Shown here: one piece after another, positions 8,940-19,184 of the stretch
How the letters are laid out: the number at the start of each line of letters is the position of its first letter
How positions within the stretch are numbered: the first letter of the stretch is position 1
Assembly: GCA_019057815.1 (NCBI GenBank)
Contig: JAHLWR010000012.1
Coordinates: 1 to 64,000 of the forward strand
Direction of reading: 5' to 3'
Length of the DNA stretch: 64,000 nt
DNA from: Candidatus Heimdallarchaeota archaeon
GTDB lineage: Archaea; Asgardarchaeota; Heimdallarchaeia; Heimdallarchaeales; Heimdallarchaeaceae
Program-made: the position numbers and the translations under genes
The notes under the pieces: model-generated
The model's input: the letters and a program-made list of their open reading frames with translations, nothing else
What the model was told of the DNA's origin: nothing
Database searches by the model: none

Positions 8940-11511
8940 TTAACACTCTCTTTGTCTTTTCTTTTTCTTTTTAAATAATGCTTCAGCACAAATCAATATA
9001 GGAATTAATACAATGAAAATACTTATGTTTTCGTAGTATTCAGAGATGGTTACAATTATTGTATCTGATAGAGGATAAGGATCAATAGAGTTGACTGAAC
9101 CATCAATAAGATAGTTGACTGAACCACTATAATCGCTCCAATAGTTCCCTTCCTCTATGGTAACATTGTACCAGATATTGTTTAAACCCTCATCAAATGC
9201 TTGAGAATAAGATTCATTGTAGTTATCAACAAAAGAGTTGTGATATATGACGTTGTCACTTGAGGCAACATCGAAGACGATTCCATAGTTTTCGTTTTCT
9301 TGTATAAGATTCTTTGTGAAATTACTTTCAAGAACTGTTGTAGATTGTATGCCATATATTGTATTCCTATAACAAATATTATCTGAAACAATGAAATTAT
9401 CTACATTGCTCAAGCGGATTCCATATTCGTTGTAGTTACAAGTATTATTAATCATTTTAGTCGTAGAAGCGAAATAAGCTACTATACCATATTTTATCCC
9501 ATTATTGCATGTATTTTCTCTCAAGGTACATGAATCTGTCTGATGGATATAAATGCCATATTCATTGTCATAGCAAATGTTGTTTTCAACATGAAGATAA
9601 TCGGAATAAAAACCTTCAATTCCATACTGATTGGATGAACATTCATTCTCAGTAACAATAGCATTAACCGTGTTTCTTATGTAGATTGCACTATAACAAT
9701 TATTGTATAGTCTATTGTTCTCAATATTTACATTATCAGAATAATAGAATGATATCGCATAAACAGTATTACCAATATCTTGATTCAAAACAGTAACATC
9801 TGAACAGTTTATGAATATTAACTGCCCATATATAGGATTTGAAAGTGTTAATGATTGTTGATCTTTGTAAAAGCCTAATTCTTTATCATTTACAAGATTA
9901 TTATCAACAGAATGGGTTTGATAGTCAGCTAGATTCATATGATAAAGTTCCAAACCATCATTGGTGAACTCATTAAAAGAAATAGTTGCATGTTTACTTA
10001 GATAGATAAACATTCCTTGCTTTACATTGTCAATTAAAATGTTATTTGAAAGTGTAGCGTAATCAGAAACTGCAATCAACCTTATTCCCCAGTTACTTCT
10101 TTGGACAGTATTACCTTCGAGAATCACATTAATTGTGTCATCAATCAAAATCCCATCTAGACCAGAGTCACTCACATTATTATCTGTTAAAATTGAATAA
10201 TCAGCTTGATCTAGTTCTATCCCTTGATTTTTACTCGATGTTACATTATTGTTTGAAATATCTAAATTATTCCCATAGATTGCGTAAATCCCATCATCAC
10301 CACTATTACTTATTTTATTATCAGAAATCCGTGATCCAGTTGATCCAAAAATATAGATTCCGTCCATATTATTGTTTAATGTGTTTCTAGATAAGATAGT
10401 ATTATCTGATATTGATAAGTAAATACCAATACCCGTTTGATCATTGATTTCATTATCTTCAAATACAGAACCTTCGCAATCAAAAGCATAAATCCCATAT
10501 CTACCTCTATCGAAGATGCTGTCTGTTATTGTTGTATTTTCACATACTTGAAGTTTTATTGCTATTGAAGCATTGTAAAAATATTGGTTACTGATATTCA
10601 AACCAATACAATTAGCAAAGAAGAGTTCACCCCAGTTAGGTTGATCAAAAGTAGCATCAATAAGGTTGTAGAAATAGCCGAAAGGTCTCCCATTGACAGT
10701 ATTATCAGTTACAGTCCAATCTTGATAATTACCAGTATCATCATGTAAACTAAATCCATTATTGACAAGAACATTTGAATCAAGGGTTGAACCTGTTGAG
10801 TATCTATGATCGATACCATACCAGAGATTATCAGAAACTATATTGTGATGAACATCAAGATAATCACTACCATATAGATCCATTCCGTAAGTATTGTTAC
10901 TACATGTATTATTGAATATAGAGATATATGAAGATTGATAGACATAAATTCCTTTCCCACCCTCATCTTCAGAACATGTGTTTTCATAAACTAAACAATG
11001 ACTAGAATAACGTATGTAAATACCTCCATTTACGAATGTATTGCCACTTATGGATGATCCATCACAATAATTGTTCAATATACCAGAATAGCGATTATTT
11101 TGGAAAACATTAGATTCAACAAAGGCAGTATAAGATGCAACTTGATCAAGTCTAATGCCATAATCACTTCCAACAAGATAGCAATTATGAATAAGAAAAT
11201 AAACATCAGTGTTCTCAATATAAATTGCATTACCTAGTGTTGCCGTTATATTATAGCCTGTAATAATATATGGATCTCCAAATTGTACCAGCTCCTGGAA
11301 AATTGTATCCACTAGGACCAAATGCGCTATTATTTAGGATTTCAATAGGACTGTGAGAAACATAATCTAATTCATGCAGATCTTCTGTAGAGTTTGGTAA
11401 AGATTGCGAATCAATTGTTATTTTAAACACAAAAAAGCTTGATGCGACCAAAGAAATTAACAGATAAACTGCAAGATTCTTACTTTTATTATTAATCAAC
11501 ATGAAGTTCAT
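8940..11511 (-). CDS. NosD-like right-handed parallel beta-helix surface protein, +1 frameshift near 11281
   Basis: ORF 11251..11511 gives a signal peptide and HSPI...FPGAGT; ORF 8940..11321 gives GDPYIITGY, many PbH1 repeats, GNYWSDY and a TM anchor; an extra T in ACAATTTGGAGAT separates them. Confidence 0.85.
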
Positions 11512-11729
11512 TATAAGGGTACATCAAATTGTCTTATATAATTTTCCCAAAATTAATGTTTACGATTATACATTGATTAAAAATGAAGTTTTTGAGTTAG
11601 ATGACACAAATGGTCCAGAAATAACTCTTACACAACAATCACCTCCCTCTCCTTATATAATTCACTCTAAGAAAAAAAGGAACAAATAACAAGACTATAC
11701 TTTATTCGCTGAAGAACAAGATGATTCCA

Positions 11730-12815
11730 TCAAAGTATAATCACCTTAGAAGGATCAACGTAAAGAAATATTTTTTGATCAGAACTTAAAATGTCTTCAA
11801 AGGCTTCCTTATCGACATCTATTTTTGCATAATCGAATTTTTCTCCTTCTAATTCAATTACAGCTCTAATCGTTCTTTCATCTCTTTGAACCATGGATTT
11901 GACTTCTCCTTTAAACTCTATGAAGTGAGATTTCTCTAGGTCACTAATAGATTTTTTTTCAAGTGAAGGTTTGAAACTAGAAGGAGAGATACTTATACCT
12001 GTTATTTTCTTATTTGTTTGCTTTGTAAGTTTAATTTCACCTATTGTCGTATTCAAAATAGTGTTTTCATCTGTTTCTTCAATATAATAAACAGGCCAAA
12101 CATTAGGTAACCCCATAATTTGTGCTACCAGATAGTTCTTTGGAGAATTATCTATAAATGTAACCGTCCCTATTTGCTGTACTTTACCATCATAAATTAC
12201 AGCTACTCTATCAGAAATTAAACGGGCTTCTTCTTGGTTATGAGTCACATAGATTGTCGTTGTTTCAGTTTCTTTTTGTATCCTACGTATTGTCAGTGCT
12301 AGTGCTTCTCTTCCTGTTGCATCTATGCTTGAAAGAGGTTCATCCAACAGAAGTACATTAGGTTTAATTGCCATTGCTCTAGCTAATGCAACTCTTTGCT
12401 TCTGACCGCCACTTATTTCGCTTGGAAATCTATCTAATAACTCTTCTATTTGTGTTAATTCAGCTACCCAGCTGATTTTTTCTTTAATCTCTTCTTTTGA
12501 TTTTTTATGAGATTTTAAGCCAAAGGAAACATTACTTTTTACTGTCATATGAGGGAATAAGACTTGAGCTTGAGGTACATAGCCCATCTTTCTCTTTTGA
12601 GGAGGGACATGGGTAATGTCTTCACCTTCTATAATTATTTTCCCTTTTTCAGGTTCAATAATACCAGCTATAATTTTTATTAGAGTTGTTTTCCCACATC
12701 CACTTTCTCCTAAAATAACTAGAAGTTCACCATGCTCTACATATAACTGTAAATCTTCAAGAATGTATTTTTTCTCATATCTCATGGACAGGTCATGAAT
12801 CTCTAGATTTACCAT
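11730..12815 (-). CDS. ABC transporter ATP-binding protein (thiamine, ThiQ-like)
   Basis: GESGCGKT, SGGQKQR, LLLDEP; in operon with thiB/thiP-like genes. Confidence 0.9.
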   Translation of the reverse strand: MVNLEIHDLSMRYEKKYILEDLQLYVEHGELLVILGESGCGKTTLIKIIAGIIEPEKGKIIIEGEDITHVPPQKRKMGYVPQAQVLFPHMTVKSNVSFGLKSHKKSKEEIKEKISWVAELTQIEELLDRFPSEISGGQKQRVALARAMAIKPNVLLLDEPLSSIDATGREALALTIRRIQKETETTTIYVTHNQEEARLISDRVAVIYDGKVQQIGTVTFIDNSPKNYLVAQIMGLPNVWPVYYIEETDENTILNTTIGEIKLTKQTNKKITGISISPSSFKPSLEKKSISDLEKSHFIEFKGEVKSMVQRDERTIRAVIELEGEKFDYAKIDVDKEAFEDILSSDQKIFLYVDPSKVIIL

Positions 12816-12817
12816 TT

Positions 12818-14578
12818 TTACACCTTTAAGTCAATATCTCCTATTCTCTGAATCATTATAAAACATAATATTGTTATAAGAATTAACATACTCGCCATAG
12901 CTGCTGGCAGTTGTAAAGTGTGACTCCCAAAAAGATTGTATATTCCAACAGATAACGTACCATATTCTGTTCGGACAAGGAAGTTTGTAGCTCCAAATTC
13001 ACCTAGACTTATAGCAAAAGAAAAGATTCCACCTACTATCAAACCTTTCAATATTAGAGGAAGTTCAATTTTTGCAAAAATCTTCAACCTAGAAGCTCCT
13101 AGCGTTGAGGCTACATTAAGCAATTCAACATCAATTCGATTATAACTTGCAAGAATAGAACGAGTTGCAAAAGGAACACTGATGAGAACATGAGCTAGAA
13201 TAATGAAAATCCAAACAGCGTCATTAAACCAACTGAAAGTTCTGAATTGTAGAAATAGACCTACAGCTAAGGTTATGGATGAAGTAGCCATTGGTAATAA
13301 GATAAGGTATGAAATAATACCTTCAACCCTAGAAGTCTGGTATTTTCTTAATCGTTGAAATTTGTTACGGATAATAAATACGAGAGAAAGAGAGATCAGG
13401 ATAGTTATTATCATATTCAAAGATGCAAACCAAAGAGTGTTGAGAAGCATCCGTAATGGGTCATTATGTAAATATGCATTGTATTCAGTCGAAAACAGCT
13501 GCCTATACCCCCAAAAAGCGGAGACAGATTCAATTGCCGGTTTAAATGATTCAATGAAAATTGCTAAAATTGGAGCGAAGGTAAATATGAAAAGCAAAAT
13601 CATGTAGACAATAGAAATAAATACAACAATCTTTTTTCCAGTGTTAAATCTTCGAAAACTAATCTTTTCTTTCTGAAGAGATTTCTCCTTTCCCACTGCC
13701 ATTTTTCTTGTCCGTTTTTCTGAAATAAGATAGAAAACTATGATAAGAGTATTTATTATTAATTGGATGACAGCTAGAGCTGTTCCACTCTGAAAATCTA
13801 ATGATCTAACCATCTCCTTGTATATTCGTACTTCCAGTGTTTGAAATCTTACTTGACCTAGATATAGAACAATTGCAAAGCTATTGAAAGCATAAATGAA
13901 GACCAATAGACTAGCTGAAACAATATGATTGAAAATTTGAGGGAAAATTATTTTCCTAAATCTTTTCCATTTACTTGTTCCAAGAGTTTTTGCAACATCT
14001 ATTAAATCATAATCGATATTTTCCCACGCAGGGATGGTTATTCTGATTATAACAGATATATTATAGAAAATGTGAGCTATTAGAATACCTTCAATTGAAC
14101 CAAAAATATTAATTAAAGGGTTATTTGAACCTGAAATTGTTTGCCAGATAGTATTCACCCACCCTTTGTCATCATATGTAATTATGAACCCTAAAAGGAC
14201 TACAATTGGAGGAAGTACAAAAGGAATTGTGAGCAAATTTATGAGAACTTTTTTTCCTCTGAATTCATATTTTGCTAAAAAATAACTAGCTGGTAAGCCT
14301 ATAACTAGACAGATAATAGTAGAAAGAAAAGCTTGGTAAAAGCTAAAAATTAATGCAGATCTGTTCATTGGAGAATTTATTACATCTGAAAAGTAATCTA
14401 GAGTAAGTTTACCTTGCTCAATAAAAGAGAATTTCAATATTCTTGTTAAAGGTACATAGAAGAAAAACAGAAAGAAGAGAACAATAACTAAAGAAGCTGT
14501 AGCAATGATTACTTTATTTAGTAACTCATCCTTTGTTCCGATTCTCTTCTTAAGGTTAAATGAAGGAAAGGTCATCAC
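12818..14578 (-). CDS. thiP: Thiamine/iron-type ABC permease (ThiP-like, duplicated domain)
   Basis: Two EAA-like loops (A.TLG.S), SLGEFGAT, many TM helices. Confidence 0.8.
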   Translation of the reverse strand: MMTFPSFNLKKRIGTKDELLNKVIIATASLVIVLFFLFFFYVPLTRILKFSFIEQGKLTLDYFSDVINSPMNRSALIFSFYQAFLSTIICLVIGLPASYFLAKYEFRGKKVLINLLTIPFVLPPIVVLLGFIITYDDKGWVNTIWQTISGSNNPLINIFGSIEGILIAHIFYNISVIIRITIPAWENIDYDLIDVAKTLGTSKWKRFRKIIFPQIFNHIVSASLLVFIYAFNSFAIVLYLGQVRFQTLEVRIYKEMVRSLDFQSGTALAVIQLIINTLIIVFYLISEKRTRKMAVGKEKSLQKEKISFRRFNTGKKIVVFISIVYMILLFIFTFAPILAIFIESFKPAIESVSAFWGYRQLFSTEYNAYLHNDPLRMLLNTLWFASLNMIITILISLSLVFIIRNKFQRLRKYQTSRVEGIISYLILLPMATSSITLAVGLFLQFRTFSWFNDAVWIFIILAHVLISVPFATRSILASYNRIDVELLNVASTLGASRLKIFAKIELPLILKGLIVGGIFSFAISLGEFGATNFLVRTEYGTLSVGIYNLFGSHTLQLPAAMASMLILITILCFIMIQRIGDIDLKV

Positions 14579-14597
14579 CTAACTTAACCTTTGTTTA

Positions 14598-15806
14598 TTA
14601 TCGTTTCTTCTTTCGTAGATAAATGAATGCAGTTACAAACAAAGCTGAAAATGTTATAACCAGTCCTGAATAAGATATTTTACCTGCAAAGATTTCTTCC
14701 CATTCGTCAAGCCAGAAGTCTAGATTATTCTCTAAAGTTTCTAAAGGTATTAGATTGTTGAGTATATCAACTGTATCAGGATTAATAGCGGAATTAGCGA
14801 AACATTCAGGAACCTCCGCATATTTATTTGCGGGATACATCCAATTATGAGTAGCTATCTGATCTTGAAGTTCCTTACTTAAGAACCAATCAATAAATAT
14901 CTTAGCATTTTCTTCGTTAGGAGCGCCATTTACCAATCCTAAGCCTTCTATTTGCAACCAAGCATTATCTAAACTATTTTCGTGAGTTAAATAAGCAACA
15001 GCTGAATAGTCATCGTAAGTGCATGCACTATATGCAGGACTTGTTCCATAGGATATCATAATTGGTCTATCTGCTTCTTCAGAATACCAAATGTCAAAAG
15101 CTTCACTCCAACTGGAAGCAATTCTTAAGTCTTTATTAGCTTCTTCCCACCAATCTCTCCAATCAGATTCTAATAAACCACTAATATCCAGGCTAGAATC
15201 TCCTAAGACAGCTATTGTCCAAAGAAGGAATCCAAGACCTGGCGAACTAAAAATTGGATTTTCAACTACCATTTTCTTGTCAAGATCTAAATCTAGAATA
15301 TCATCTAATGTGAGAGAATCTAATTCCGGAACTGTAGTAATATTTAATCGATTTGTATCAATCCACAAAGCTATAACACCATAGTCATACGGGAGCAAAT
15401 AATGATCTGGATCAAGATTTTCGATTAAACTTGAAGAGATATTAGAAAGAACTGGAGAATGATAAGGTTCTAAGATGCTTTCGTTTAGAGCTTTGAAGAT
15501 AAGTATATTATCAAGGCCGATAAGAACATCAGCAATTGGGTTATCTTTTTCTAAAATAGCTCTTGACAAAACTTCATTGGAATCATCTAATCGTAACAGC
15601 TGAATCTCTTCTTTTGGAATCCCACTATAATTCGAGAAAGCACCGATTAAGTCATAAGATACAGGTTCATTTAACAAGGATTTATAAGTGTAAATAGTCA
15701 ACTGATAATCAGTAGCAGCAGATGTATATATAGGAGTGCTATAGCATAACGGGATTAAGAACAAAAATAAGAATAAGCTTACTATGAACGCTCTTTTCAT
15801 GTTCAT
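14598..15806 (-). CDS. thiB: Thiamine ABC transporter substrate-binding protein
   Basis: LTIYTY, NPIADVLIGLDN, PYDYG, SSPGLGFLLWTI, SYGTSPAY, QIEG, NWMYPA motifs of the ThiB/TbpA family. Confidence 0.85.
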   Translation of the reverse strand: MNMKRAFIVSLFLFLFLIPLCYSTPIYTSAATDYQLTIYTYKSLLNEPVSYDLIGAFSNYSGIPKEEIQLLRLDDSNEVLSRAILEKDNPIADVLIGLDNILIFKALNESILEPYHSPVLSNISSSLIENLDPDHYLLPYDYGVIALWIDTNRLNITTVPELDSLTLDDILDLDLDKKMVVENPIFSSPGLGFLLWTIAVLGDSSLDISGLLESDWRDWWEEANKDLRIASSWSEAFDIWYSEEADRPIMISYGTSPAYSACTYDDYSAVAYLTHENSLDNAWLQIEGLGLVNGAPNEENAKIFIDWFLSKELQDQIATHNWMYPANKYAEVPECFANSAINPDTVDILNNLIPLETLENNLDFWLDEWEEIFAGKISYSGLVITFSALFVTAFIYLRKKKR

Positions 15807-15880
15807 CAGAGCTCTTCTTTACACAACATTCATAAAGATTTGCGTCTTAATTATATATGCCCCCTATAAAGTGATATAAA

Positions 15881-16807
15881 ATGAGATTCCCTTGCGAATA
15901 TGTTGCGAATACCTTTCTTCCAGGTTTGAGAGTAAGAATAGCAAAGAAAATGAGTATGAGAGGATATCCACAAACGAAAATCGCTATACATCTTGGAGTC
16001 AAACAACCTGTCATTGCTTCATATCTTAGAAAAACTTTAGATGATATTGATAACAGCATTATGGCAGGGATTTTAGATGAGTTAGCAGAAAGAATAACAT
16101 CTGATTTTGTTAAAGGAAATAATCTAGAAACTATTATGAGAACAATTTGTACTAGATGCAAGAAGCTAAGGATGGATAACATCCTTTGCTCAATCCATAA
16201 AAAACTTCTACCTGAAATAGCTAAAATACAACGATGTACAATTTGTAGAGGTGATATTGAAAGTTTAACGTCGCTAGAGAATGTAAAAATATTACAATCA
16301 TTAGAAGAAGCACTAACTAATATTAAGGAAATTGATAATATTTCACATTGGATTCCTGAAATAGGTGCTCAACTAGCAACATGTCGCGAAAAAACTGAAA
16401 ACCTTGACGATATTGCTAGTTTTCCAGGAAGAATAATAAAAGTGAAAGATGACATCAAAACAGTTAGTTTACCAGAGTTTAGTTCTTCCAGAACTATGTC
16501 TCCTTTACTAATCTGGCTTCACAAAATAGAACCAAGAATAAAATGGATCTTTTCAATAAAAAACAGAACGGAGCTAAAAATGAAGCTAGAAAATTTCAAT
16601 ATACCTTTCATAGAAACAATGTTCTTGGATACAAAATGGAATGAAACTTTAAACAATTTGAAGTCATATAGTAACTTTTCACAAATAAAAGTTATTTTAG
16701 ATACTAGTGGTCCAGGATATGAAGCGATAGCATATATTATAGCTCAAGAAGTAGATGAATTACTTGAAATAACTAAAAGCATATGTCTAAACAAACTAAA
16801 TCCCTAA
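15881..16807 (+). CDS. thiR: ThiR-like thiamine regulator (HTH plus ThiN domain)
   Basis: MRFPCE...LPGLR...QTKIA.HLGVKQP.IASYL HTH; C-terminal IPEIG/FPGRI ThiN-like domain; divergent from the thiamine ABC operon. Confidence 0.8.
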   Translation: MRFPCEYVANTFLPGLRVRIAKKMSMRGYPQTKIAIHLGVKQPVIASYLRKTLDDIDNSIMAGILDELAERITSDFVKGNNLETIMRTICTRCKKLRMDNILCSIHKKLLPEIAKIQRCTICRGDIESLTSLENVKILQSLEEALTNIKEIDNISHWIPEIGAQLATCREKTENLDDIASFPGRIIKVKDDIKTVSLPEFSSSRTMSPLLIWLHKIEPRIKWIFSIKNRTELKMKLENFNIPFIETMFLDTKWNETLNNLKSYSNFSQIKVILDTSGPGYEAIAYIIAQEVDELLEITKSICLNKLNP

Positions 16808-16846
16808 ATCCAGAATATTTTTAATATAGCTTGAAATACACATCAA

Positions 16847-16981
16847 ATGACAATAATGGCTAGTGCATTCTTAGGTACCTTACTTTTCTTAGTTTCTATT
16901 GCATCTTTGACAGCTCTTTCAGTGTTTTTATTTGTTTACACTCTCCGACATAGACCAGAAGAGGAAGAAAGCCTTGTCTAA
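16847..16981 (+). CDS. Small single-TM protein, 44 aa (absent from the ORF track)
   Basis: MTIMASAFLGTLLFLVSIASLTALSVFLFVYTLRHRPEEEESLV*; TATA-like TTTAATA ~25 nt upstream. Confidence 0.55.
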   Translation: MTIMASAFLGTLLFLVSIASLTALSVFLFVYTLRHRPEEEESLV

Positions 16982-17080
16982 TACTCTGTCCAAATAAGAA
17001 ATAGGGTTTTGTTCTTCTATCTTTCTCATTTTAATGATTTCTCAACAAACGTTATAAGTTGAAAAATTCTAATATAATTT

Positions 17081-17731
17081 GTGGAAACTGAGATAGTTAG
17101 CATTAATCCAGATATTCCAGAAGAGGAAAAAATTTTACTAGCTGTTAATTTGATTAAAAAAGGAGAAATTATAGGTTTTCCTACGGAGACAGTTTACGGT
17201 TTAGCAGCTGATGCGTTTAATGAAAGAGCGGTAGTAAAACTATTTGAAATCAAAAGACGACCGAAAGATATTCCTCTAACGATACAAATAGCCTCTATTG
17301 ACAAACTCTCTGATGTTATAGCTATGAAAACAGATCTAGTTGAAACACTAGCAAGAGATATGTGGCCTGGTCCTTTAACTTTGGTTCTGGAAAAAAAAGA
17401 GATAATACCCAACATAGTTACAGCTGGAAAAAAAACGGTTGGAATCAGGATTCCAGCAAATAGAATAGCTTTGAAGCTTCTGGAGCTCTTGGAAACACCT
17501 ATTGTAGCTCCTAGTGCGAATTTCTATCATGAGTATAGTCCCACGTCTGCAAAACAAGTGCGAGATAATTTCAATAATATAATACCTATGATTCTTGACG
17601 GTGGGGAAAGTAAAATTGGAATCGCATCAACAATTGTAGATTTAACTACAGAACCACCAAGAATTTTGAGAGAAGGTTCTATAACTAAAGATTATCTAAA
17701 AATGCATATTCCAAATTTGAGAACCTTTTAA
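17081..17731 (+). CDS. tsaC: L-threonylcarbamoyladenylate synthase (YrdC domain only)
   Basis: FPTETVYGL, KRRP, WPGPLT, APSAN, STIVD. Confidence 0.92.
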   Translation: METEIVSINPDIPEEEKILLAVNLIKKGEIIGFPTETVYGLAADAFNERAVVKLFEIKRRPKDIPLTIQIASIDKLSDVIAMKTDLVETLARDMWPGPLTLVLEKKEIIPNIVTAGKKTVGIRIPANRIALKLLELLETPIVAPSANFYHEYSPTSAKQVRDNFNNIIPMILDGGESKIGIASTIVDLTTEPPRILREGSITKDYLKMHIPNLRTF

Positions 17732-17798
17732 TGATAATGGTCAGAGAAAATCATTGTACTGAGCAATATTTTTAATAAGAAGTTCCATAAACTATTAT

Positions 17799-18452
17799 GT
17801 GATACATATGTCAACAGAAGTAATTTTTTGGGATAACGATACTCAGAGAGATCTTATCGAACCTGATGGTAAATTGTATGTTAAAGATGCTGAAAATATT
17901 AAAGATAATCTAAACAAACTATCACAATATGCTCATTTAAACGGCATAAGAATACTAGGATCTATTATTTATCACTCAATAACAGATCCTGAAATAGATG
18001 AAGAAAATCCAGATTATAAAGAAACTTTTCCACCACATTGTTTAATGAATGAACCTGGATCAGAGAAAATAATGGAAACACGTTCTGAAATTACTCAATG
18101 GGTAGACCCTATCTCTTACCCTGAAGATAAAGTTATAGAAGTGATTGAAACTAAGGGTCCCATTATTTTTAGAAAGACAAAATTTGATGTGTTTTCAAAT
18201 CCAAATATAGATGTTTTTCTGGATAGAATAAACCCGAAAAAAATTGTAATTTATGGTGTAGCTGCAGATATTAGTCTAAAACACTCAATAGAAGGATTAT
18301 TGAAAAAGAAGAAGTACGAATTGTTTCTGGTTATTGATGCTATAGAAGGAATCGATGAAAACTCAACTAGAGAACTTATTGAGAAATGGGCTAGTCAAAA
18401 AGTCACAACTCTAACAACAGAATCTATATTGCAAGGAGCTTACTCGAAATAG
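17799..18452 (+). CDS. Isochorismatase/nicotinamidase-family hydrolase
   Basis: DTQRD...DGKLYV, FPPHC, K..FDVFSN, GVAADIS. Confidence 0.85.
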   Translation: MIHMSTEVIFWDNDTQRDLIEPDGKLYVKDAENIKDNLNKLSQYAHLNGIRILGSIIYHSITDPEIDEENPDYKETFPPHCLMNEPGSEKIMETRSEITQWVDPISYPEDKVIEVIETKGPIIFRKTKFDVFSNPNIDVFLDRINPKKIVIYGVAADISLKHSIEGLLKKKKYELFLVIDAIEGIDENSTRELIEKWASQKVTTLTTESILQGAYSK

Positions 18453-18547
18453 TAAAGAAATTAATAGGAAACTATTACTGATAGCTTCTACTGATAGCTT
18501 CCCCCCTCGACGAAAGGTTAAAATAGTATTTTAACCGAATTGAGTTT

Positions 18548-19180
18548 ATGTTTATTGATGAAAATAGCTCTAATGAAAATAAATCAGACATTTCCATCCT
18601 TACAAGGGACCAGCAAATCTTGCTCTATACCATAGATTATATGATTAAATGGGTAAAAGGAGGAGACCACTTTCTACAAATACCTGAAGAGAGGACATGG
18701 ATAAAAGAGCTACCTTTGTGGGCTGTGATATATTATCAAATTGTTAAAGGAACATATGAAACATACGACTATGCTCCAACTTCTATCCAATTTTTTGGTC
18801 GAAGTAGCTTTACAGTTAACCTGTCTTATGAAGGTGTAGATGATATAGAGGATTTGAGAGAACTAGAGATTATCGATAAAATCCGACTTAGTACTTCTCA
18901 ACACGGTTTTGTTACAGCATATAGAATTACAGAATATGGAAATAAATTGTTAGTTTTAATTCCTGAAGATGTGAAAGATGAAGTACATGGCTTATTTTAC
19001 TGCAAACACTGTAAAACACACCTAAATTTCCTTATGAATATTGGTGACGAACCTGAAATCAAGATAGATTGTCCAGAGTGCGATGTGTCAGATTTTGAAT
19101 TATCGTTTTTAAAAAGTGAGGATGTAAGTTATATTTCTGAACCTTACTTTCTAAGAATATCTAAAAAACTTGTAGGGTGA
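18548..19180 (+). CDS. Hypothetical protein with wHTH-like region and C-terminal zinc ribbon
   Basis: AYRITEYG wing-like motif; CKHC...CPEC; 4 nt from the next gene. Confidence 0.75.
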   Translation: MFIDENSSNENKSDISILTRDQQILLYTIDYMIKWVKGGDHFLQIPEERTWIKELPLWAVIYYQIVKGTYETYDYAPTSIQFFGRSSFTVNLSYEGVDDIEDLRELEIIDKIRLSTSQHGFVTAYRITEYGNKLLVLIPEDVKDEVHGLFYCKHCKTHLNFLMNIGDEPEIKIDCPECDVSDFELSFLKSEDVSYISEPYFLRISKKLVG

Positions 19181-19184
19181 GGTA

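Noticed and set aside
17810-17820. gtcaacaga match to the element end (also 45846)
   Set aside because: Only 8-9 bp; the first lies in coding sequence (MSTE) and neither extends into the TIR consensus.
18476-18501. 13-bp tandem duplication tactgatagcttc
   Set aside because: Two copies only in an intergenic spacer; consistent with simple slippage.
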